The notes below the pieces were generated by a model. That model ran no database searches and was not told the origin of the DNA. It saw nothing but the letters and a program-made list of their open reading frames with translations. A DNA stretch of 63,164 nt, filler included, from Chrysochromulina tobinii (Eukaryota), in assembly GCA_001275005.1 (NCBI GenBank). It is 6 parts of 6 records of this genome, joined end to end, with 100 filler letters (N's around TTAATTAATTAA, not from the genome) between each part and the next. Parts side by side here need not be neighbours in the genome. Positions count along the whole stretch, not along the records: positions 6,845 to 27,499 come from JWZX01001435.1; 5 more parts are not named here. One strand, given 5' to 3'. The position numbers were made by a program, and so were the translations under genes. Below are positions 11,297 to 20,968 of this stretch, in pieces; the first letter of the stretch is position 1, and each line of letters begins with the position of its first letter.

Positions 11297-12193
11297 GAGC
11301 ACTCAAGGTTCGGGCCTCCTTGATGGAACGTTCCTTTTGCACATCCAGAACGCTCTGGCCAAATCGAGATTCTTAAGATGCCCGTTCTCCACTGATCTGG
11401 TTACTACAACGGAAATTCAGTGTGCATGCATATATAGTTACGAAATCAAACAAAAGATATTCTTGCAACGGACCATTCCGCTAACCCCCGAATACCATCG
11501 AGCATCGTCGGTAAAGCACGGAAAGAAGCTCCAATCTGCTAACTTTGCGGCAAAATACATTTCCCTGTCAAAATCTCTCAGAATGTGTCGCCCTTCCCAT
11601 CTTCCTGGTCCTGTGTTGCCCACCCCTGGGCACAGCTGGGTGTAAAGCGGGGTGTAGAATCTTCTCCACAGTGTGTCGGGGGCTCGGGGCCATACGCATC
11701 GAGTCCCGCGCGGGAGTGGCGCTGCGCCGCTGCCGGTGATGACTCCTGATGCGCCGATGCACCTGCGGCGTGTGCTCCGCGCCATGCTCAATTTTGGCCA
11801 TGCTCGACCGCGCCATGCTCCGCGCCAGCGCCGCCCAGCCCGTGGAGCTCCGCGTACTCGGCTGCGACCAAAGTGGAGATGCTCTCTGTACACGGCGCTC
11901 CGCGAACTTGGCCGCGACCAAAGTGTGGAGATGCGCTCAGTACGGTCGTACTCAGTCGCGACCAAAGTGGATACGCGCTCAGTACGGCGCTGGTTGTCGT
12001 CATGTCGACGCTCAGAATGGGCACGAAAGGCGAAAGTCGGGCGCCGTAATGGGCTCTTTCGTGTTCGAAAGAAGTCAAAGCCGCGTGGTCGAGCGAGTGT
12101 AGTCCTCCGCACACATAAGAGTATATTGTATATTGCGCGTCGCGGTGGTTTCATCTTTAATCTCTCTGAAAGAGAGCGCTCTCTTGGGCATCC

Positions 12194-14173
12194 ATGGAGC
12201 CAATTCGGGCGCCGTCAGTGACGTCGACGTCAACGCCACCGCCGCCGTTCGCGCCACGTGCGACGGGGTCGCTTGCCAGACGCCTCGCCTTTGGGCGCAC
12301 TAGCGCAAATGAGCCGCCGAAATGGGAAACTCGTTTGAACAAGACGCTCGACGCTGATCAAGTCATCATGTTCGTCGACGCGATGCTCAAGATGCCCGGA
12401 AACCGAATGGTGCAGCGGCAGGGCTGCTACGCACTTTGGAAGATCTCTTTAGATGACACGGTAGGTCGGCGGGCGGCGCTCGGGTGCAGTGGGCCCGTCG
12501 CCGTGGTGACTGCGATGCGCACATATGCAGATGACGCTGAGATCGGACGTCATGGATGTGCTGCGTTGGAGAATATGACTCTTGATGAACAGGCGAGCAA
12601 GGCGTGTATCGAGGCCGGAGCGCCTGCTGCCGTTCTCGCTATGCTACGCTCGCACGAAAACGACATTGAGCTGCAGCGGCTCGGCCTCGGTGCGCTTCAG
12701 AATATGGCCTATGGAGATGAGAGCGTGAAGCAGGCCCTGGTGCGAATTCATGTGGTCCAAGTTGCGGTCGACATCATGAAGGCATATCTGCCGACCGCGA
12801 ACGATGCCGCAGCGCCCAAACCACCCCCTATACCTGCTTCGGTCACTGCTCTGGAAGCGAACGAGGGCGACGGCGCTCGTGGTCAGCCGACATCAAAGCT
12901 CGCCGACGACGTAGCCGCCGCTGGGGACAACGAGAATGAACAACCCATGCTCGCCTGGTCACAAAAGGAAATCCAGCGGAACGGATGTGGCGTGCTTAGA
13001 AATATTGCGCTCGGTTCGGAGAAGCTGAAGCACCACGTCTTTGCGCATAACGGCATCGAGGCCATCGTCGAGGCAATGCGTGCGTACCCCAGCTCTGTCG
13101 AGATACAGGCGACTTCATGTGCGGCGTTGCATCACATCGTTGCAGGAGATGTGAAGCGACCGAAAGAGATCTCAGCCGAAGCTACGGCACGCAGGAAGGA
13201 GCTCATCCAGTCCGGTGGCCTCATCAACCTGCTCGAAGCCATGCAGCAGCACGAGCACAATGTGGACGTGCAGCGAAACGGATGCGCTATGTTGTGTAGC
13301 ATGGCGCTAGGCGACAAGGCGTGCAAGAAGCAGCTCGTGCGGACGGGCGCTCAGGTGAGCATTGCGGCCGCCATGGCAGCTCATGACAGCGACAAGGAGC
13401 TGCTACACTCTGGCGTTTGGGTGATTCAGCTCCTCGCGACCGTTACGGGCATGAATGAGTGTCTCGCGATTGCGAGGGCCGGTGGAGTTGCATCCGTGAC
13501 GGGAGCTATGATGGGATTTGTGGAGGATCTGACGATGTGCAGCCGCGGATGCGCTGCGCTGAGCAGCCTTGCCAGCGGTGGTGAGACCGAGGACGACCGC
13601 AAGGAAATTGGCCAACTCATCGTGACGGCGGGGGGGCCGTCTGCAATCGCCTTGGCGCTCACGGTGCACCAGGAAGACTCGGGGCTGCAAGCATCGGGAC
13701 TCGCCGCGCTCACCAGCCTCGCGAACGTCGACGCAAAGTCCCGCAGCATCCTTGTGCAGCTTGGTGCTTGCCAGTCTATTGTGACCTCGATGAGGGCGCA
13801 CAAAATGGACGTGCAGGTGCAGCGTGATGGTTGCCGCGCACTGGAGAGCATCTCCATGGGCGATTCTATGTACTCGCACACCCCTACGCCTAGCAAACAA
13901 GCCGTAGTCGAGGCGGGCGGTTCGTCCGTGCTACTGGCTGCGCTGAGGAACCACAATGACGACGTTGAGGTGCGGATACACGCCAACGGTGCCTTGAAGA
14001 ACATTGCCGCAACGATACGGAAGCTTCACTTGTCGAGCCGAAGGCCAGATGGGCTAGGAGGGGGCGACTCGCGCGAGTTCCCACGAATCGACGAAAGAAA
14101 GGTCTATCGCGCCCCCCCCGGCTATCTGGCAGCGACTGCGAGTGCAACTGGCAGGAAGGCCGCCCATCAATGA
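12194..14173 (+). CDS. Armadillo (ARM) repeat protein
   Basis: Repeated ~42-aa units of the form GG..A.V.AM..H......Q..GC.AL.. Confidence 0.88.
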   Translation: MEPIRAPSVTSTSTPPPPFAPRATGSLARRLAFGRTSANEPPKWETRLNKTLDADQVIMFVDAMLKMPGNRMVQRQGCYALWKISLDDTVGRRAALGCSGPVAVVTAMRTYADDAEIGRHGCAALENMTLDEQASKACIEAGAPAAVLAMLRSHENDIELQRLGLGALQNMAYGDESVKQALVRIHVVQVAVDIMKAYLPTANDAAAPKPPPIPASVTALEANEGDGARGQPTSKLADDVAAAGDNENEQPMLAWSQKEIQRNGCGVLRNIALGSEKLKHHVFAHNGIEAIVEAMRAYPSSVEIQATSCAALHHIVAGDVKRPKEISAEATARRKELIQSGGLINLLEAMQQHEHNVDVQRNGCAMLCSMALGDKACKKQLVRTGAQVSIAAAMAAHDSDKELLHSGVWVIQLLATVTGMNECLAIARAGGVASVTGAMMGFVEDLTMCSRGCAALSSLASGGETEDDRKEIGQLIVTAGGPSAIALALTVHQEDSGLQASGLAALTSLANVDAKSRSILVQLGACQSIVTSMRAHKMDVQVQRDGCRALESISMGDSMYSHTPTPSKQAVVEAGGSSVLLAALRNHNDDVEVRIHANGALKNIAATIRKLHLSSRRPDGLGGGDSREFPRIDERKVYRAPPGYLAATASATGRKAAHQ

Positions 14174-14514
14174 TCGAATACTTAGACACATAGCCGATAT
14201 GTACAACGCTCAGTTCACCATAGTTCACCGCCGTGCTACCGCCGTGCTCCGAACCGGCACGTCCAAACAGGCCTTTTCAACAGCCGAACATCGGCTTTCA
14301 GGCCATAGGAGCCTAGAGGATTCCTAGTACAAGACAGAGAGCGCGACATGTTCATGTAGAGTTGCAATGTGTTCGTGGCCTGTGTGCGATCGCAAATCGG
14401 TATAATGATAGCGAATAAGCGCGCGTAGACCGTAGTTCCGGAGAAGTGCGGAGAGCGGCGTCCGTACGGTATAATAAGTAGTAGTGTCTTTCTTTAGTTT
14501 GTCTTATATTCACC

Positions 14515-15523
14515 TGTAACTGCGTGTATAGAAAAGTTTTTCTTTTGTCTCACCGGACCGTACCTAACGAGGCGGGCGACCATCGGGCGGCTAGAACTCC
14601 CCCTTGGCAGGGGGCGGTTCGTTTGCGACCCCCCTACGAGAAGCCCCCACAAGTATAACGGCCTATACGGTCCGGGGTTCATCAGTGTGATGACACCCGG
14701 GGACCCCTTACCTCCCCCCTCCCGACACATCGAACCCCCCTTTTCCGTAGGGGAAGCTCGGGAGGTTGTGGAAAAACCATCCACCCTGGGGAGGATTTTT
14801 CGATGCGTTTCACGGCCCGCCCCCGGATGGGGGGGCGTCGCGCCGTAGGGCGACAGTGTCGTGGTGGTCCTCGTCGTGGCCGACCCCTTATGGGGAGCCG
14901 GCCGCGCCCGCCCCCTGAGGGGGAGGGCGGTGACGAGATTGTGTTCTTTAGGGATTTGTGTGTGTGTATTTGTAAGAAAGTGGTGTGTGTCAGTATTGAC
15001 TTGACTTGTTTTTACTGGGAGGTGTTTTGGGGATGGACTTTCTTTTGGGAACTTTCTTCTTTTGGGAACTTTCTTTCTCTTTCTTTCTTCTTTGTGAGCG
15101 TGAAGACGGTTGATGATGGAAAACAGGCCATCTGAATGGAGCTCGAGCGTGCGCTGGTGGGGGTCCCTGAGGAGAGTCGCGAAGCGGCGAGCGTCATTGG
15201 GAATCTGCTGAGAGAGGTCGTTTGAGGTCTATAGCCGGAAGGAGCGAGGCTCCCACGCAGCATCTTCAGGGAGCGCCGAGGCACTATGAAGTAGGATTGA
15301 GAGATAGAGTGCGCGCGCGCGCATCGCGGAGATGGTGATGAGGGCCACGATGAGAATCGATCTTGGGCCTGCCAGGCTAGTTAGTGGGAGGCCGGGCAGG
15401 CTGGGGGGTCGCGCGAGCTTGAGAGGGCGAGCTGGGCCCGCGCTGGCGGGCGGGTTCGAGCGTAGATGGGCGGGCTCCACCGACATTTTTAAAGTTTTGT
15501 CAAACTTTGTAACTGCGTGTATA
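14515..15523 (-). mobile_element. 977-bp non-autonomous insertion (14531-15507) flanked by a 16-bp direct repeat (putative TSD)
   Basis: TGTAACTGCGTGTATA at 14515-14530 and 15508-15523. The 14531-14940 end is rich in hairpins, and its terminus resembles 39518-39553. Strand is a guess. Confidence 0.6.
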
Positions 15524-15874
15524 ACTATAAGCGCTAAGCGGACGGGAGGATACAGCATACACCATGAGCATACACACACCCTGGAGGGTGCGTAAACGCA
15601 CCCACCTCGCAACCTACCTGCGTATACGCACCCGACGCTGTTTTTATACGCCGGCCGGGAGCGGGACGCGCCCCGAACGTCAAGTACGGATAGATTGAAT
15701 CCGGGTTCGTTACAATGATATGAGATATCAGATAATAAGAGATTACACACACCGAGCGAGAAGGTCTCTCGCGATCGTCGCGACTCGCGTGCGGCGTGGC
15801 CGCGTGACGTGCTGTGAGAAAACGTCACGAGCGGACCCCCATGTTGAGCAGTGATACTCCCGGCGCGCGCGCTC

Positions 15875-16243
15875 TCAGAACGGATACGGCTGTGCAGCCC
15901 TGGCCTGCGCAGCCCTGGCGGCGATCTCCTTGGCGAGTGCCTTAGCGGTGGCCCATTGCGAATCGTGGGTCTTCATCGGCCGTGGCTTGCGCCGTTTCGT
16001 GATCCCAGCGAGTGGATGGTGATCCCATCCGACCGCCTGCTGCAGCGCCGCGACCGTGGCAGGGTCTCGAATCGCGTCCGTGGACGGCTTGATGGCCACA
16101 CCATCGATTGCTGCAGCCCTGCTTTTCACGGCAGTTGCGGGGGCTGGGGCGACTGCAGCGAGGTCGCTGACGGTAGTGCTGGGCGCAATCATGTAGCATG
16201 CCCTGGCGAGCGGCAGGCTGCTGCTTCCGCTGGCGCTGCAGCA

Positions 16244-16282
<39 letters not shown>

Positions 16283-16432
16283 GCTCGCCATGGCAGTTGC
16301 GGGGGCTGGGGCGACCGCAGCGAGGTCGCTGACGGTAGTGCTGGGCGCAATCGTGTAGCATGCCCTGGCGAGCGGCATGCTCGTGCTTCCGCTGGTGCTG
16401 GTGCTGGTGCTGCAGCTGCTCGTGCTCGCCAT
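15875..16432 (-). CDS. Hypothetical small Ser/Ala-rich protein with internal duplication and (CAG)n tract
   Basis: Open frame from MASTSS, duplicated LARACY.IAPSTTVSDLAAVAPAPATA block, basic C-terminus. No recognisable family. Confidence 0.3.
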
Positions 16433-16632
16433 CGACCGTCCCACGGTGTGAATTAACACGACTGTCGCGACAACTGGTGCCGTGTGTATTCATAAACGTT
16501 AACACGATAGTCATACATGTAAGATGTGTCATGAACGTTGTACCAAGCTGGTCCAGGGTGTGAACGCACACTTGCGCTGAAAACGTGATTGCGGGGTTCT
16601 TTTGCGTTCACGCGCGCGCCGCGCGCGCGCAC

Positions 16633-17613
16633 ATGCGGTTCTGTCGGGGAGGCGTGCCGCCATCTTTGATGGCATTAACCCTGCCCGCGCTGCACGGCTC
16701 TGTGGCCACTGCTGGGGGCACATTCGCGACCTTTGCCGGCGCCGTGCGTAGCTGGCAAGAGAACATGGTGGCACAGGCCAAGGCGCTTGACCCAGCTTCG
16801 CAGTGGACCATCGACGAGCATGCCAAGGGTCGAGCGATCGTCGTCGAGGACGGCGATGTCTTTGAAAAGGGCTGCGTCAGCATCACGCTCATTGAGGATG
16901 GCGAGCTGAGCGCGGCTCGTGCGAGCGCCATCTCGGCTCGAAGCAACCGTCAGATAGCCGCGGGCGACCGATACTCGGCATGTGCCCTGTCGTTTGTGCT
17001 GCATGCCCGCTCGCCGCTGGTGCCGACGCTGCGCGGCGACGTACGCTGCTTTACAGTCGGTTCCGAGGAGTGGTGGGGTGGCGGCCTCGACCTGACGCCT
17101 TCATATGTTGAGGTCGAAGACTGCGTGCACTTCCACTCCTCACTCGCGAGGCTGTGTGCGAGCCACTCGCCTGACCCCGGCACGTACGCCGAGATGAAGC
17201 GCACGTGCGACGACTACTTCTACCTCCCTGCGCGCGGCGAGCACCGCGGCGTGGGCGGCATCTTCTTCGACGACCTCGCGAGCGACTGGGCTCCGGCCTT
17301 CGCCCGCGCGCTCATCGACGCAGCGCTCGACGAGGACGGTCCTTACGTACCCATCGTGCGCAAGCGGCGGCCGCTCGAGTACACGGACGCGCAGAAGCAG
17401 TGGCAGTACCTGCGCCGCGGGCGCTACGTCGAGTTCAATCTGCTCTACGACCGTGGAGTCAAGTTTGGACTGACGCCCGAGAGCGTCGAGCGCGTGCTCG
17501 TCTCGAGTCCCCCAATGGTCGCCTTCAAGTACAAGGCGATCCCCGCGGACGGCACTTTGGAGGCGGCGACGCTCGAGGTGCTGCGCCGCCCAAAGCAGTG
17601 GGTGGAATCGTGA
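16633..17613 (+). CDS. hemF: Oxygen-dependent coproporphyrinogen III oxidase family protein (divergent paralog)
   Basis: FEKG, WWGGGLDLTP, CDDYFYLPARGEHRGVGGIFFDDL, RRGRYVEFNLLYDRG.KFGL. Confidence 0.92.
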   Translation: MRFCRGGVPPSLMALTLPALHGSVATAGGTFATFAGAVRSWQENMVAQAKALDPASQWTIDEHAKGRAIVVEDGDVFEKGCVSITLIEDGELSAARASAISARSNRQIAAGDRYSACALSFVLHARSPLVPTLRGDVRCFTVGSEEWWGGGLDLTPSYVEVEDCVHFHSSLARLCASHSPDPGTYAEMKRTCDDYFYLPARGEHRGVGGIFFDDLASDWAPAFARALIDAALDEDGPYVPIVRKRRPLEYTDAQKQWQYLRRGRYVEFNLLYDRGVKFGLTPESVERVLVSSPPMVAFKYKAIPADGTLEAATLEVLRRPKQWVES

Positions 17614-18274
17614 GGATTCGCCTTTTACACTCGTGGAGTCACGTTCAGCCGACGTGACTCCACCTCGACCTGTCGCTCGGCTAGAGACGTGCGACGAGAG
17701 CCTATCTCGGTGCGCCTCTAAGGGCCTTAAAGTGTATCGGTAGATCTCTATCGTATCACGTAAAGGAATCCTATGCACATGGCCTCCGACCGCCATGCCC
17801 TCGTGACGACGACGTGAACCTCGCTGACTCCTCGCCTGTACAATGGACTGCCGACTCTGGGCCTATCTATCGCGCTGCCATGCCTATCCCCAAATTCCAA
17901 ATTGGCCATGCGGCGCCCTGATCCCCACATGGATCCCCCATCCCTTTATTCACGTCGCGTGACGATACGTCGACGCGACTCTCGCCACGCCCCTCTGTAC
18001 ACTCGCCTATCCCTTTACCTGCGATGTGCCGAGCTATGTCGTACGTACTGGCGACTGCGTATTACCGGCCCTTTCTCTCGTCCAACCCCCTCCGCTCTCG
18101 ATTGCCACACCTTGTTTCCCTCCAGGCTGGGCGAATGAAAGCACCTGGCGGTCCCCGCCTTCATTGCCACCGAGCCACCCCCCTCGCTGCTGCCGCCTGC
18201 ACCGCCGCGCATGTCCCGCGGGCTCAGATTTGATCATTCATGAATCCACCAACTCTTCGACGTGCCACCCAGTC

Positions 18275-20633
18275 TCAAGAGGTATTGTCATCCCGGGCTC
18301 GAGCCCCGACTCCATGCTGCTCGTCCATGCAGCTTGAGACTCGGGCGGTCTTCGTCAGCTGAACTTCGACCCTCTTCAGGCGATCGACCTCCCCGCGCAT
18401 CACATCTTGCTGCGGCGTCACGTCCTGCAGCTCCGTCTTGATCACAATGTCGAGGAGCAAGTCGCAGTAGAACAACTTAGCCACCACACTTGCGCCAGCG
18501 AAGTCGAGGACAGCGCCCACAAAGGCCCACAGCGGAGCTTTGATGTTATCATAGACCATTTTCGGGTTCGAGACGATCTTATCAATCAGCATGAACCCGC
18601 TCTCCTCGATCATCTTTTGGACGAACTCCGACCGCAGGATCCAGGCGAGAAAGAGGGTAACACACAGCACCGACATGAACATCTTATAGAGCTTCCGCCA
18701 GAACATCATTTTCTTGGTTTGGAGAAACGACCGGGCCGACAGGAAGTAGGGAGTAGGCCATGCGTACCCAAAGCTCAGCACCAGAGCGACGCAGGCGCAT
18801 GCGGACAAGCCGTCGGAGCCCATCTGGAAGAAGCTCGACATGATCGCGGCGACCAGGGCCGCGATGAGCGAGTTCGAGATCACCATCTGAAAGGCGGGGA
18901 AGCGCACCCAGGGGAGCGCCTCGTTGAGGACTTCGGCGCCCTTCAGCAGACCCTTGACGATCGACAGGAACGCCGGCAACAGCTGCGCCACCGTTTGCGC
19001 GCCGACCGCCACACCGACGCCGACTTCGACGGCATCGAAGAGCGTGCTCGCAATCCCGGTCACCGTGCCCAGGCTCTTGTACAGGGCATCGCCGGCGCAC
19101 AGATTCGGGGCAAAGTCGGCGTCGGCGAGAGCGTTGCCGAGCAACTCGGTCTTGAAGACGCTATCGCAAGCCTGCGCACAAGACTCGTCTCCGTTGAAGC
19201 CGGGGCCGGTGGGGTAGACACGATCGCACTGCGCCGAGCAGTTGGAAAATCGGGTCGCGATGAGACTGCAGAGCGAGGTCGGGTCGTTGTAGCCTCCCGT
19301 GAAGGACTGAGCCGCAGCAGTGACTGCAGTGTCGGAGATATCACCGTAAGAGTAGGCCTTAAACTCCGCCTCGGCCACCGCATCGCGGCCTCTGCAGAGC
19401 TGGTCGAAGGTGAGGTAGTCCAGGCAAGGGTTGCGAACTCTGATCGTCTGGTTCACACCCACACTGTTGGGCACCTCTCGTTGGACGTCGCCGAAGCAGC
19501 TCGCGCACTCGGTCTTGCAGCCCGTCTTCCTGCCTGTCGCCTTTGGGCATGTGTACGCAAGAAGCGTCTCATTGTACTCTGCGCTCAGCCCGGAGCTTAC
19601 GATGGCTTCCGCGATCGCCTCGCCCCACTCATCAGGCTCGAGCTCACAGAACGTCTCCCTGTCGCCAAGATCCATGCCCAGCACCCAGTTGCCGCTCACG
19701 TCGGTGAGCTTCTCAACTACGTCCCGGCATAGTGCGATCTGCAACCGCTTCATGTCGACGCCCGCGCGCATGGGCACGCAGATTCCCATGAGGAAGGGAG
19801 GCACGATCAGAAGGCAAAACGCGTATTGTAGCAAGCGACGCGACTCGTCGTACTTGTGCCATCTGCAGCCAGCGGTGATGAGGCAATACAGCGCGAGGCA
19901 CTGGCAGATGAACTTGACGATAGCCTTGCCAATACCCATCCAGGTAAACATTCCGGTGGCCGCCCGGATGTGATCCGGAATCAATGGGAATGCGATAGTA
20001 GCTTTCAGGCCGTACTCCTTCTGACAGTATCCGCCGTCGTTGACAATAGTGTCGAGCTCCTGTTGCGTACAGCCCAGTGGGCAGGCGTGCGGCTGGGCCG
20101 TCCCAGATGACGTCGCCATCGTCGTCCTGGGCGCATCGCGACGGGTCGACTCCTTCAAGGAGGCACTCATCGACGCCGGGATCATTGGGATCATCGCCAC
20201 CGAGGCCGCACTCGCAGCCGTACCAGATGATTTGCTCCTTGCAATCACGTCGGCTGTTTGCCGCAATCTTTTGGTTGGATTGCTCGATGAGGATCCACAA
20301 CGAGAGGATCAGCCGAAGGAAAATGGCCAAACCTGCCACGCTCATGTTGAGTTTGCGCCATGCTATGAATCGGACGCTGAACATCTCCGCCTCCTCCTCC
20401 CCAGTGTCGAGCTTTAATTCGAGCACCTTCGCCTCCGCCGGACCGAGAACCACGTTCTGAGGTAGTGCACCGAAGGCGAGTTTGTGACGGAGTAGTTTAG
20501 CTAGGACCCCTTGTCCCGGTGGTTTAGCGGCGTCGTAAACGCCGGCCAGGACGTCCGCGCGCGCAACCTTCTCGCTTTGGACGCTGGGGACCACATGGCT
20601 GGGGAGCGACCGTATGGTCTCCGCGTCGGCCAT
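18275..20633 (-). CDS. Hypothetical multi-pass membrane protein with Cys-rich loops; one frameshift near 20096
   Basis: The N-terminus of ORF 19713-20666 joins ORF 18275-20266 if one C of GGCCCAG is removed. Many hydrophobic segments. Confidence 0.65.
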
Positions 20634-20968
20634 TGTAACAGAAGGAAGATGCGCGGCCAGATGCAATTCTGATTTCGTTTCCTATTTTTTTAGCGTGGCT
20701 CCCAAAATAGAAATCCCAAAGTGGATAACCGTGAGACACACGGGCGACACAATGCATTTCGAGAATCATGCAACGGAGAGCTCTTCTTCATTCTAGTGTA
20801 TTCTAGTGACAATACGTCGCTCAAGTTTTTGTTGCGTGGCGTAGTCGGTAGAGGCGGGCATTACGGCATTTTGTATGACGCAAAAGTAACATGACGAATA
20901 AGTCGAATGGATTCAGCACAGCTATTCATGCAAGTAGTCCGCACCGCACACGGCTTGAAGATCTCCCC

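Noticed and set aside
11864..11990. Three GCGACCAAAGTG repeats spaced 44-50 nt apart as a CRISPR array
   Set aside because: The spacers resemble each other, there are no cas genes and the context is eukaryotic. It is a degenerate minisatellite.
14545..14700. Hammerhead ribozyme on the minus strand (CTGATGA-stem-GAGAC)
   Set aside because: The core has GAGA instead of GAAA, and only 6 non-pairing nt are available for stem I.
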